This document shows, piece by piece, positions 17,251 through 26,691 of a stretch of DNA of 33,820 bases. The translations under genes and the position numbers were made by a program. The notes under the pieces were generated by a model. That model was given only the letters and a program-made list of their open reading frames with translations, made no database searches and was not told the origin of the DNA. The stretch covers positions 1 through 33,820 of the forward strand of contig JBBDYJ010000019.1 in assembly GCA_040901675.1 (NCBI GenBank), in the 5' to 3' direction. Within the stretch, counting starts at the first letter, position 1, and each line of letters begins with the position of its first letter. Origin of the DNA: Pirellulales bacterium (GTDB lineage Bacteria > Planctomycetota > Planctomycetia > Pirellulales > JAICIG01).

Positions 17251-18294
17251 TTAACTCGACAGCCGCCGCTGGCGGATCTGGTCGAGCGTAACGGCGGCCA
17301 CGATGATCACGCCGATGATGATGTCCTGGATCGGATTGCGAACGTTCAGCAGGTTGCAGCCGCTGGCGATGACCGCCATCATCGCCGCGCCGGCCAGCGT
17401 GCCCAGCACGCTGCCTCGGCCGCCGCTCAAGCTGCCGCCACCAATGACCACGGCGGCGATGATCTTCAATTCCTGTCCGAGTCCCGACACCGGATTGCCG
17501 CTGGACAACCGGGCGAACTGGTAGACTCCGGCCAACCCCACGAATACGCCCGACAGCGTGTAGACCGCGATCTTCATGGCCGGTACGTTGATGCCGCAAA
17601 GGCGGGCGGTCGATTCGTTCGATCCCAGGGCGAACACGTAGCGGCCAAACACCGTGTAGCGCAGCACCAATGCCAGGATGGCCGCCAAGGCCAGGGCGAA
17701 CCAGACGCCGCTGGCAAAGTTGGGCAGCACCTGGTAAATGAGCCAGGGGGGATCCGGCCGGGTGGTCACCAGCCCGGTGAGCCAGGAAGGCACCTGGTCG
17801 GGCATCGGCCGGACGGTGGTCTCATCGGCGATGATTTTCGCGGCGCCCAGGTAGATCGTCATCGTGCCCAACGTCACGATGAACGGCACGACGCGCAGCA
17901 GGCTGACCAGCGTGCCGTTGATCAGGCCCGCCAGCGCGCCCGATCCTACGCCGGCCAGTAGAGCCACGGGAACCGGGTAACCTTGCCGCAGGCACCAGGC
18001 CAGCACCGTTGCCGACAGCGCCAGCGCCGTCCCCGCCGAAAGGTCGATTCCGCCCGCAATGATGATGGCCGTCATTCCCAGCGCGGCCACCGCCACCATC
18101 GAGCCTTGCACCGTGGTCGTATGCAGATTCCGCAGCGTAAAAAAACTGTGCCCGCCTTGCAGATAGTCGGCCACGGTGAAGAACGCGATCACCGCCGCCA
18201 AGGCCGCCAGCGGACCCAGCGCGCCGGCCGCGCGGCCCAGATGCTTCAAAACTGCACGGTTTCGCCCGCCAGTCGCGTTGGTGCCGTTGTCCAT
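17251..18294 (-). CDS. Monosaccharide ABC transporter permease (RbsC-like)
   Basis: [57 protein letters not shown]. Confidence 0.95.
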   Translation of the reverse strand: MDNGTNATGGRNRAVLKHLGRAAGALGPLAALAAVIAFFTVADYLQGGHSFFTLRNLHTTTVQGSMVAVAALGMTAIIIAGGIDLSAGTALALSATVLAWCLRQGYPVPVALLAGVGSGALAGLINGTLVSLLRVVPFIVTLGTMTIYLGAAKIIADETTVRPMPDQVPSWLTGLVTTRPDPPWLIYQVLPNFASGVWFALALAAILALVLRYTVFGRYVFALGSNESTARLCGINVPAMKIAVYTLSGVFVGLAGVYQFARLSSGNPVSGLGQELKIIAAVVIGGGSLSGGRGSVLGTLAGAAMMAVIASGCNLLNVRNPIQDIIIGVIIVAAVTLDQIRQRRLSS

Positions 18295-18330
18295 CGTCCG
18301 GGCCCGTCAAAAAAACTTGTTCAGCATGAT

Positions 18331-19839
18331 TCAACCAACCGCGTCGCCGGCGTCCATGGCGCAGGCCATGACGGCCTCCTGGGTCCATTCGCTCGCGGGC
18401 CGGATCTCGCGGAGCCGCCCGCGGGCCATCACGGCCAGCCGGTCGCAGACGGCCAAAAGCTCTGGCAGGTACGAACTCACAAACAGGATCGCCTTGCCCT
18501 GCGCGGCCGCCTGGCCGATCAGGCGGTAGATCTCGGCCTTGGTGGCCACGTCGATCCCGCGAGTAGGCTCGTCCAGCAACAGCACGTCCGCATCCTGGTG
18601 CAGCAGCCGCGCCAGGGCCACCTTCTGCTGATTGCCGCCGGAGAGCTCGGCCACTTCCTGCTGAGACGAACGGGCCTTGATGCCCAAGCCGGCCATCCAG
18701 CCGAGCACGGCCTGCTGCCGGCGGCGGAGGTTCAGCCAGCCCAAGCGGGAGTAGATGCCCAGGCGGCTGAGCGTCATGTTATCACCGACCGACATCGACT
18801 GGGCCAGTCCTTCGGCCTTGCGGTCCTCGGAGACCAGCCCCAGTCCGGCGCGGATCCGGGCCCGCGGGCTGGCGGCCGGCGGCAATCCGGCCACGCGAAT
18901 CTGGCCTTGCCGGACCGCATCCAGGGCAAACAGGCACCGCAGCAGTTGGGTGCGTCCCGCTCCGACCAGGCCGGCGATGCCCAGGATCTCGCCGCGCCGC
19001 AGGGAGAACGACACCTGCCGCGGCATGGATCGGCCGCTGACGTCCCGGACGGTGAGGATCTCGGAGCCCGGCTGGTGAGCCACCGAGGGGAACAGCTCGG
19101 TCACGCTGCGGCCGACCATCATCGACACAATTTCGGCCTGGCTGGTGGCGGCCAAGATGCCCTCGCCCACGGTGCGGCCGTCGCGGAGCACCAGGAATCG
19201 GTCGGCGACCGCGCGGATCTCCTCCAGAAAATGGCTGATGTAGATCACCGCGATCCCCGAAGCCTTGAGCCGCCGGATGACGCTGAACAACCGCTCGACG
19301 TCCTGGGCGGCCAGCGAGCTGGTGGGTTCGTCGAAGACGATCACTTTGGCATCGCAGACCAGGGCCCTGGCGATCTCCACGACCTGCTGCTCGGCCACCG
19401 AGAGGCGTCCGGCCCTGCGGGCCGGGTCGAGCTGGCCGTGTCCCAGCAATTCGAGCAAGTCCTTGAGCCGGCGGCGCTGAGCGGCGCGGTCGAGCCAGCC
19501 GAGCCGGTGCTGCTCCTGGCCCAACATCACGTTGTCTTCCGCGCTGAGGTCGGGGGCCAGGTTGAGCTCCTGGTAGATCATGGCCACCCCGGCCACGCGG
19601 GCTTCGTGCGGCCCGGCGGGGGCGAAAGGCCGGCCGGCCAGCTCCATCCGGCCGCTATCGGGCGGATGGGCGCCGGAGAGCACTTTCATCAGCGTGCTCT
19701 TACCCGCGCCGTTCTCTCCGATCACGGCCAGCACCTCGCCGCCGCGGACTTGCAGGTCCACTCCCGACAGCGCGTGCGTGGCCCCGAAACGCTTACGGAT
19801 GCCGTGCATTGCAAGCAGCGGGGCGGACGGGTCGCTCAT
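18331..19839 (-). CDS. Monosaccharide ABC transporter ATP-binding protein (RbsA-like, two ABC modules)
   Basis: GENGAGKSTL, FDEPTSSL, LSGGNQQKV, LLDEPTRGID. Confidence 0.96.
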   Translation of the reverse strand: MSDPSAPLLAMHGIRKRFGATHALSGVDLQVRGGEVLAVIGENGAGKSTLMKVLSGAHPPDSGRMELAGRPFAPAGPHEARVAGVAMIYQELNLAPDLSAEDNVMLGQEQHRLGWLDRAAQRRRLKDLLELLGHGQLDPARRAGRLSVAEQQVVEIARALVCDAKVIVFDEPTSSLAAQDVERLFSVIRRLKASGIAVIYISHFLEEIRAVADRFLVLRDGRTVGEGILAATSQAEIVSMMVGRSVTELFPSVAHQPGSEILTVRDVSGRSMPRQVSFSLRRGEILGIAGLVGAGRTQLLRCLFALDAVRQGQIRVAGLPPAASPRARIRAGLGLVSEDRKAEGLAQSMSVGDNMTLSRLGIYSRLGWLNLRRRQQAVLGWMAGLGIKARSSQQEVAELSGGNQQKVALARLLHQDADVLLLDEPTRGIDVATKAEIYRLIGQAAAQGKAILFVSSYLPELLAVCDRLAVMARGRLREIRPASEWTQEAVMACAMDAGDAVG

Positions 19840-19890
19840 GGGCCAAACGCCGTGCGAGGGTGCGTCGCGAGGGGGGTGAGTGCTGGTCGA

Positions 19891-20883
19891 TCACTCGCCG
19901 AACTGAACCGGGTGCAGTAGTCTGTGCATGTCGGGCTCGTTCATGTTATCCGGCGTGGCAATGAACTCGCCCGTCGAGATCTGCTTTTCGACCGGTTTGC
20001 CCTCGATGTGTGCCATCAGTGTCTTCACACCGAGGTAGCCCATGTTCACCGGATCCTGGAGCACGATGCCGTCGATCTTCCCCTCCGCCATGGCCCGCAC
20101 CAGCGTGGGACTGGGATCGAAGGCAATGAACTTCACTTTGCCCGCCAGGCCTTCGCCTTCCAGCGCGCCGAGCATCCCGGTGCTGTTCGGCTCGCAGACG
20201 GCGAACACGCCATCGACCTCGTCGTGGAACTTGAGCAGCAGTTGCTGCGCCTGCTCGAGCGACTTTTCCGGAGTGGTGCCCGAGTACTGGTTCGACGAGA
20301 GAATGTTGATTTCGGGAAACTCCTGCTCGAGCGTGTCGAGGAAACCGGCTTCGCGCTGCTCGGTGCTCTCGCTGCCGGGATTGTAGCGCAGCAGGATCAC
20401 GTCGCCCTTGCCGTCGAGTGTTTCCACCAGGCGGCGGGCCGCCAGCACGCCTCCCTGGTAATTGTCGGTCGCCACGTAGCTGACGATGATGCTCTCGTCG
20501 TCCAGGCCGCTGTCGAAAATCACCGTGGGGATTTCGCTGGCCTTGGCGTCCTTCACTGCCGCAACCAGACCCTGGGAATCGAGCGGTGCCAGGCAGATGC
20601 CGTCCACCTGCTGGGTCACAAAGTCCTGCACGACGTTGATCTGACCCTCGCGATCGTTTTCCAGCAGCGGCCCCTTCCAAAGCACCTCGACGTTGCCCAG
20701 CTCGCGAGCGGCTTTATCGGCCCCGGCATGGACCGACTTCCAGAACTCGTGCGTCGTCCCCTTGGGAATCACGGCAATCCGGTACTTCTTGTTCGCGCCG
20801 CCGACGGCTGATGGGTTCCGGCCGCTCGGCTGGCAGCCGGCCGCCAGCAATGAACCCAGAAGGACCAGCAACAGTCGCGTCAC
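19891..20883 (-). CDS. Sugar ABC transporter substrate-binding lipoprotein (RbsB/LacI-type fold)
   Basis: Lipobox LAAG-C; IAVIPKGTTHEFW, PTVIFDSG, VATDNYQGG, VLQDPVNMGY. Confidence 0.95.
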   Translation of the reverse strand: MTRLLLVLLGSLLAAGCQPSGRNPSAVGGANKKYRIAVIPKGTTHEFWKSVHAGADKAARELGNVEVLWKGPLLENDREGQINVVQDFVTQQVDGICLAPLDSQGLVAAVKDAKASEIPTVIFDSGLDDESIIVSYVATDNYQGGVLAARRLVETLDGKGDVILLRYNPGSESTEQREAGFLDTLEQEFPEINILSSNQYSGTTPEKSLEQAQQLLLKFHDEVDGVFAVCEPNSTGMLGALEGEGLAGKVKFIAFDPSPTLVRAMAEGKIDGIVLQDPVNMGYLGVKTLMAHIEGKPVEKQISTGEFIATPDNMNEPDMHRLLHPVQFGE

Positions 20884-20943
20884 GGCGGAGTCTCCCAGAA
20901 AGGTGCGTAACGTGCGTGAGCCGGGGCAAAGCCTCAGGCGGGT

Positions 20944-22446
20944 TCAGCCGCCCGTTGGGCGGCGCCGGCCGCGGTTGCCACGGCCCCGGCCCCGGAAGGC
21001 CGACCCGCCGCCGCCGGGATTCTTGGCCCGCGCCTCCATGTTGGCCGCCACGATAATGCCGATCGATTCTTCCCAACTGGGAATGCCGCGATGGCTCGGT
21101 TTCAGGTCGGCGCCGTCGTCGTCGACGTCCGAATCATCGCGGTCCGAATCATCGCGGTCCGAATGGTCGCGGTCCGATCGATCCGCGTCGCTGACCGACT
21201 CGTCGGACAGCGAGGCTTCATCTTCATCTTGGTCGTCCCGGCCGTTGGTTTCGGCAAGCTCATCGGCCAGGCGGTCGCTGACCCCTGGGCGGCCTTCACG
21301 TTTCGATTCGCCGCCGGCCCGGTCACGCGGCGATCTGCGGCCTCCCCGGCGCCGACGCCGTCGCTTCGGGCGCCGCTGGTCTGCCCCGCCGCCGGCCGCC
21401 TCGCCCGGCTCGCGCAGCTCGTCGTCAAAATCCACTCCGGATTGCCGTGCTTCGTCGGAAAGGTCCGTCTCCAAATCGTCGGGTTCGAAACGGTCCTCGT
21501 CCAAAAAGTCCAGCTGTTCGGACAGTGCGTCCCAGGCGGGCCTTTCGGCAGGCCCGGTGTCCTGCGGTCTTTTTTGTTCGGACCGCGCCTCATCCGGCTT
21601 GCGGCCTCCTCGGCGGCGCCTGCGCCGTCGCCGCCCGCCTTGGCCCTCAGCCCGATCGGCGGCGCGGCTCCCGCCCCGCGCGGTGGGACGATGCCGCTGT
21701 CCGGGCTCGCCGCTGCGATCCGAGCGGGCCGTGCCGCTATCGTCCAAATCGCCGTCGTTTAAATCGCCGTCGTCCAAATCGCCGTCGTCCAAATCGCCGT
21801 CGTCCAAATCGCCGTCGTCCAAATCGCCATCGTCCAAATCGCCATCGTCCAAATCGCCATCGTCCAAATCGCTTTCTTCCAGATCACTGCCGACGAGATC
21901 ACTGCCGACGAAATCACTGCCGACGAGATCATCGTCTGCCAGCTCGCTATCAAAAGCGTCGTTGTCCAAGTCGTCGCGTTCCAGACCGCCCGCCGATTGG
22001 CGGCCTGCCTGGCGGCTGTCTCTGCCCTGGGGCTCTTGGGGTTTTTCGGCGCGTCGCTGGCCGGCGGGCCTGGCACCGTGATCGCGGCGCCCGCCCCGCC
22101 GCGGTTCGCGCCGAGCGGTCGGCTTGCCAACTAGGTCGTCTTCTTCTGTCGATGCCCGCCGCGCGGGCGCTTCCGGCCGGGGCGCTTGGCCGCCCGGGGC
22201 TGGCGGCGCGGGCGTTGCCGGAGTGGCCGGAGCCGCGGGGGGTGGGGCGATGAACGACAGCCCCAGCGCGCGGGCCACGCTGCCCCAATTCGATTTGGGG
22301 CGCTCGGCGGACGGCGCGGGCTTGGGTTTCTCGACCTTGGGGACTGGCTTGGGAGGTGGCGTTGGCTTGGGCGCTTGAGGTTTTATTTCGGCGCCGAGTT
22401 GCTCGGCCAGGAAGTTCCAGTGGTTCGGTTTTCCACTTTCGGTCAT
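20944..22446 (-). CDS. Largely disordered protein (500 aa) with alternating Asp/Glu-rich and Arg-rich blocks
   Basis: Short ordered ends (NHWNFLAEQLGA; HRGIPSWEESIGIIVAANMEAR), poly-Arg/GGR tracts, DLDDG repeats; strong upstream promoter. Confidence 0.8.
   Translation of the reverse strand: MTESGKPNHWNFLAEQLGAEIKPQAPKPTPPPKPVPKVEKPKPAPSAERPKSNWGSVARALGLSFIAPPPAAPATPATPAPPAPGGQAPRPEAPARRASTEEDDLVGKPTARREPRRGGRRDHGARPAGQRRAEKPQEPQGRDSRQAGRQSAGGLERDDLDNDAFDSELADDDLVGSDFVGSDLVGSDLEESDLDDGDLDDGDLDDGDLDDGDLDDGDLDDGDLDDGDLNDGDLDDSGTARSDRSGEPGQRHRPTARGGSRAADRAEGQGGRRRRRRRRGGRKPDEARSEQKRPQDTGPAERPAWDALSEQLDFLDEDRFEPDDLETDLSDEARQSGVDFDDELREPGEAAGGGADQRRPKRRRRRRGGRRSPRDRAGGESKREGRPGVSDRLADELAETNGRDDQDEDEASLSDESVSDADRSDRDHSDRDDSDRDDSDVDDDGADLKPSHRGIPSWEESIGIIVAANMEARAKNPGGGGSAFRGRGRGNRGRRRPTGG
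21736..21930 (-). repeat. 15-bp coding tandem repeat, 13 units (9 x DLDDG-like, 1 x DLEES, 3 x DLVGS-like)
   Basis: Repeated tcgtccaaatcgcc(g/a) units, followed by gccgacgagatcact units. Confidence 0.92.
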
Positions 22447-22581
22447 GTTCGGATTATTCCGCCGGATGAGATTGGTTTGGCTTGATACATGGTACGCTAA
22501 GCGTGGGGTTCGGCCCGCCGAAGCGGTTGTGGTTACAGGCCTTGCATGGGCGGCCTGGCCGCTGCGCTCGTGCAGAAGCTG

Positions 22582-22610
22582 ATTATAAGCCTTCGGAGCG
22601 GGGTTGTGAA
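22582..22610 (-). promoter_or_regulatory. sigma70 promoter for 20944..22446
   Basis: TTCACA-17 nt-TATAAT on the minus strand. Confidence 0.7.
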
Positions 22611-22820
22611 GTCGTGTTGAGCCTTACAGTTACGGCGGTAGGCGGCAGGCAGCCAGGCGTTATTGCTCCCGGCCAAGCCGGTTTTTAGCGGCAACTTGGC
22701 CGGGCGAGCCGGGCTGGCGTAAAATTCATGGCTCGTTTTCCAGGGTTTTCCCGCCCCGGCAACCGTGCCGGGCAAAACGCAAGTTCCGTCGTGCACGATC
22801 CAGACATCGGGTGCTCAAGC

Positions 22821-24107
22821 ATGAAGCAGTTGGAGATGGCAAGCGACCGGCAGCATGCCGAAGAGGTCGAGATCCGGGGGCACATCATCGACAGCATGAT
22901 CCTGCCCAAGATCCTGGACCTGATCACCAGCCGCGGCGGGACCTTTCGCATCAAGCAGATTGCGATCGGACAGGCCCGCACCGACCCCAGCCATGCCCTG
23001 ATCGAGGTCTCGGCCGGCTCCGCCGAGCGCTTGGCCGACATCCTGGAGCAGATCGCCGACCATGGAGCGGCGCCGACCGCATCCCGAGACTGCCAACTGG
23101 TCGAGGCCGACATCGACGGCGCCTTTCCCGAGGGTTTTTATAGCAGCACGAATCAACGCACCGAAGTCCGCTTGCACGGGCAGTGGATCGCCGTGGACGA
23201 TCAGGAAATGGACTGTGGAGTCCGCGTCGACGCCTCCTCGAGGACTGCCCGCTGTGTGCCCATGGACGACGTCCGCATCGGCGACCCGATCGTGGTCGGG
23301 CATGCCGGCGTGCGGGTGTTTCCGGAGCAGCGGGCGGCCGAGCGGCAGATGTTCGAATTCATGGGCAGCAGCGTCTCGTCGGAAAAGCCCAAGGGAATCG
23401 CCGTCCGCGAGATCGCCCGCGAGCTGATCAAGCACCGCGGCACGCCGGGGCGGACCCTGGTCGTGGGCGGGCCGGCCATCGTGCACACCGGCAGCGGCGA
23501 ACACCTCTGCCGCTTGATCCGGGGCGGCTATATCGATCTGCTGTTCGCCGGAAACGCACTGGCCACGCACGACATCGAGCAGGCCCTCTTCGGAACCAGC
23601 CTGGGCGTGCACATGGAACGGGGCATCCCGGCCGAAGCCGGGCACGAGCATCACCTGCGGGCCATCAACCGCATCCGCCGCGCGGGAGGCATCCACCGCG
23701 CCGTCGAGAGCGGCCTGTTGACCTCGGGCATCATGTACGAGTGCGTGGTCAACGGCGTCGACTTCCTGTTGGCCGGCAGCATCCGCGACGACGGCCCGTT
23801 GCCCGAAGTGATCACCGACGTGCTGGAGGCCCAGCGCCAGATGCGCCGGCGAGTCCGCGACGTGACGTTCTGTCTGATGATCGCCACCACGCTGCACTCG
23901 ATCGCCGTGGGCAACCTGCTGCCGGCATGGGTCAAGGTGGTCTGCGTCGACATCAATCCCTCCACGGTGATCAAGCTGAACGACCGGGGGAGTTTTCAAA
24001 CGGTCGGACTCGTGACCGACGTCGAGCCGTTTCTGCGGGCGCTGGTCTCCGAGGTCGACGCCCTCGCCGACCAGCCGCCGGGGCAACTGCCGGCCGAGAC
24101 CCCATGA
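22821..24107 (+). CDS. TIGR00300-family (LOR/SDH-related) protein; putative AgrE/ArgZ-type ornithine cyclodeaminase
   Basis: RGHIIDS, DGAFPEGFYSSTN, EMDC, FEFMGSSVSSEKPK, GGPAIVHTG, AGNALATHDIE, LAGSIRDDGPLP, LHSIAVGNLLP, VCVDINP; start may be 22821 or 22836. Confidence 0.9.
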   Translation: MKQLEMASDRQHAEEVEIRGHIIDSMILPKILDLITSRGGTFRIKQIAIGQARTDPSHALIEVSAGSAERLADILEQIADHGAAPTASRDCQLVEADIDGAFPEGFYSSTNQRTEVRLHGQWIAVDDQEMDCGVRVDASSRTARCVPMDDVRIGDPIVVGHAGVRVFPEQRAAERQMFEFMGSSVSSEKPKGIAVREIARELIKHRGTPGRTLVVGGPAIVHTGSGEHLCRLIRGGYIDLLFAGNALATHDIEQALFGTSLGVHMERGIPAEAGHEHHLRAINRIRRAGGIHRAVESGLLTSGIMYECVVNGVDFLLAGSIRDDGPLPEVITDVLEAQRQMRRRVRDVTFCLMIATTLHSIAVGNLLPAWVKVVCVDINPSTVIKLNDRGSFQTVGLVTDVEPFLRALVSEVDALADQPPGQLPAETP

Positions 24108-24952
24108 CCGAGCAACAACCACACATCCTGATGTGCCGGCCCGACTTCTACGGGATCGAGTACGAAATCAATCCCTGGATGAACCGGCTGCACCAGACCG
24201 ACCAGCAGCGGGCCGGCGACGAGTGGCGGATGCTCTGCGACCTGCTCCAGCGCTCAGGCGCCCGGATATCGACCATCGAGCCGATGCAGGGACTGCCCGA
24301 CCTGGTATTCACGGCCAACGCGGCCTTGATCTACCACGACACGGCGGTGCTTTCGCACTTTCGGCATCCGGAGCGGCAGGGGGAAGAGCCGCTGTTCGAG
24401 GAATGGCTCGGCGCGCATGGTTTTCAGGTCTCGCGGCCGCCGGAGAACGTTTACTTCGAGGGGGCCGGCGACGCGCTGTTCTGCGGCGACACGTTGTTCG
24501 CCGGTTATCGCATTCGCAGCGACGCCCGCGGTCACCAGCAGATAGCCCAGATGCTCGGTTGCCGCGTGATTCCCCTGGAGCTGGTGGACGATTATTACTA
24601 CCATCTCGACACCTGTTTCTGCCCGTTGGCGCCCGGCCTGGCGACCTATTACCCCCCGGCCTTCGACGAGTATGGCGTCCGGGCGCTCGAGGAGCTGGTG
24701 GAGGAGCTGATCGCGGTGACTGACGAGGAGGCGCGGCGTTTCGCTTGCAACGCCGTGGTGATCGGCCGCACGGTGGTCACCAACGAAGGCTGCCCGGAGC
24801 TGCACCGCGAGTTGGCCTCACGAGGCTTCAGCCCGGTGGCCACGCCGCTTGACGAATTCGTCAAGGCCGGCGGCAGCGCCAAGTGTTTGACGTTGCGTCT
24901 GGACGGTGAAGAAGCAGCCGCCTGGAAGTACGATACTGCCTTCCGGAAGTAG
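24104..24952 (+). CDS. Amidinotransferase-fold enzyme, arginine dihydrolase/DDAH-like (282 aa)
   Basis: ATGA overlap with upstream gene; YEINPWM, PDLVFTANA, FEGAGD, YHLDTCF, KAGGSAKCLTL (Glu-His-Cys triad). Confidence 0.92.
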   Translation: MTEQQPHILMCRPDFYGIEYEINPWMNRLHQTDQQRAGDEWRMLCDLLQRSGARISTIEPMQGLPDLVFTANAALIYHDTAVLSHFRHPERQGEEPLFEEWLGAHGFQVSRPPENVYFEGAGDALFCGDTLFAGYRIRSDARGHQQIAQMLGCRVIPLELVDDYYYHLDTCFCPLAPGLATYYPPAFDEYGVRALEELVEELIAVTDEEARRFACNAVVIGRTVVTNEGCPELHRELASRGFSPVATPLDEFVKAGGSAKCLTLRLDGEEAAAWKYDTAFRK

Positions 24953-24978
24953 CAGGCACATTCCATGTGACCAGCTAC
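24949..24978. repeat. GTAG-type REP / bidirectional hairpin between convergent genes
   Basis: gtagcaggcacattccatgtgaccagctac; contains the TAG stops of both flanking genes. Confidence 0.6.
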
Positions 24979-26120
24979 AATCTACGATCGATCGCTTCGG
25001 GTGGTTTGGATGCAGGGGGGCGCAAGGCAGCCAGCCAGCCCTGACGGTGGAAGAACGAGAGCATCAAGGCGGCCACGCCGGCCATCAGGCCCAGCGCGAA
25101 CAGGTAGCCCCAGGTCCAGTTGAGCTCGGGCATGTTCCACCGGGACCGCTCGGTATTGAAGTTCATGCCGTAGACGCCGGCGATGAAGCTCAATGGCATG
25201 AAGATGGTGGAGATGATCGTCAAGACCTTGATGACCTCGTTCATGCGATTGCTGAGGCTCGACAGGTAGAGGTCCGAGAGGTCGGCGCCCAGCTCGCGAT
25301 AGGTTTCGACCAGGTCGATGATCTGGATCGTGTGGTCGTAGCAGTCGCGGAGATAGACGCGCGTGTCGGCGTCGATCAGGGATGAATCGTCACGGGCAAG
25401 CTCGTTGACCGCGTCGCGAAGCGGCCAGATCGTGCGGCGCAGGTGGCGCAGCTCGTGCTTGGCCTCGTGGATTTCGGCGATCGCCGCGCGATCGGGCCGG
25501 GCGATGACCGAATCTTCGAGCCGCTCCAGCCGGTCGCCGTAGGCCTCGATCACCGGAAAATAGGCGTCGATCACCGCGTCCAACAGCGAGTATGCCAGGT
25601 AGCCGGCGCTGGCGGCGCGGATGCGTCCCTGGCCGCCGCGCAAGCGCTGCCGGACCGGATCAAATGCATCACCCGGATCCTCCAGGAAGGTGAGCACGAA
25701 GCCGCGGCCCAGGAACATGCTGACCTGCTCCGTCTCCAGCCGGCCGTTGTAGCGGACCATGCGGGCGACCACGAACAAGTGATCGCCGTACTGCTCGACC
25801 TTCGGACGCTGGTGCACGTTGACCACGTCTTCCAGCGCCAGCGGGTGCAGGGCGAAGAGGCGGCCCAGCTCTCGGATGGTGGCCGCGTCGCCCAGCCCTT
25901 CGACATTGACCCAGGTAACCGGCCATTTGCCGAGGAAGTCGAGGAGCGTGGCGGGTTGGTCGAGCGAGCGCTCGTCCAAAGCCTGCGGTCCGAAGGCGAT
26001 GAGCCGGACGGAAGGGGGCGTGGCCTTGGGATCGACTTCGACAATGCCCGGCGGGGCGCCCGGCGGAGTGCGGCGATGGAACCTGCGTCGGTTGCGCTTC
26101 TTGCGATTGGACCCGGCCAT
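24975..26120 (-). CDS. corA: Magnesium/cobalt transporter CorA
   Basis: PPGAPPG N-terminus, LHPLALEDVVNVHQRPKVEQY, MNEVIKVLT, signature GVYGMNF, MPELNW. Confidence 0.97.
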   Translation of the reverse strand: MAGSNRKKRNRRRFHRRTPPGAPPGIVEVDPKATPPSVRLIAFGPQALDERSLDQPATLLDFLGKWPVTWVNVEGLGDAATIRELGRLFALHPLALEDVVNVHQRPKVEQYGDHLFVVARMVRYNGRLETEQVSMFLGRGFVLTFLEDPGDAFDPVRQRLRGGQGRIRAASAGYLAYSLLDAVIDAYFPVIEAYGDRLERLEDSVIARPDRAAIAEIHEAKHELRHLRRTIWPLRDAVNELARDDSSLIDADTRVYLRDCYDHTIQIIDLVETYRELGADLSDLYLSSLSNRMNEVIKVLTIISTIFMPLSFIAGVYGMNFNTERSRWNMPELNWTWGYLFALGLMAGVAALMLSFFHRQGWLAALRPPASKPPEAIDRRL

Positions 26121-26425
26121 CTGGTTGCGAGCAGGTGCGACTGTTTTCGTCTCGTGCTCCGCTGAATCAAGTTGGCGTGCATTCTACTGCCGGCGGCTTG
26201 GCGGGAATAGATGTCGGCCGGATCGAGGCTGCGCCAGGCGGCGTCGGGGGGTGGGCGAGTGGCGGGAGCCGCCACCTGGCTGGTGAAGGTCCGGGAAAGC
26301 CCACTTTTAGGCCATATCCCGCTACGGCGAAGCGGCCGAAGCAGGATGGCGGCCGGACGTGCCGGGCGGCGTTCGAAGGCCTCCGGCCGTGCCGCTAAAA
26401 GGGCCCTGAGTGCCGCTGTACGCTA

Positions 26426-26453
26426 ATGACACTGGAATTCCGCGAACTATACT
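26426..26453 (+). promoter_or_regulatory. Putative sigma70 promoter
   Basis: ATGACA-16 nt-TATACT, 46 nt upstream of the 26500 ATG. Confidence 0.45.
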
Positions 26454-26499
26454 AGTGAGTTCCGGGCACCTTGAATGCGCAACTGAGGAATGACCAGCG

Positions 26500-26682
26500 A
26501 TGCCCAAAGCGTTGAGCATCATCGGGATGATCGTCGCGATATGCCTGCTGTTGATGTTCGGTTTGGACCTGGCTTTGGGGTTCCCGTTCAGCAAAGCAAG
26601 CCGTGCGATGGACATCGCCTTTTTGATTTGCGCCTTGGTGCTGGCATACCTGAGCTGGTCGACGTATCGCGAGCTGCCCTGA
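26500..26682 (+). CDS. Small two-TM membrane protein (60 aa)
   Basis: GAGGA RBS; two hydrophobic helices separated by GFPFSKAS. Confidence 0.8.
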   Translation: MPKALSIIGMIVAICLLLMFGLDLALGFPFSKASRAMDIAFLICALVLAYLSWSTYRELP

Positions 26683-26691
26683 GGCTCGCGG

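Noticed and set aside
14967..20811. Long plus-strand ORFs (744, 645, 295, 258 aa)
   Set aside because: Antisense shadows of well-supported minus-strand genes, expected with high GC3
21736..21930. Tandem repeat as a possible CRISPR array
   Set aside because: Contiguous 15-bp in-frame coding units without spacers
23183..24103. 589-aa ORF implying a long N-terminal extension of the amidinotransferase, or an ArgZ-like fusion
   Set aside because: The extension is an Arg/Pro-rich off-frame reading of the TIGR00300 gene; the real start is ATG 24104
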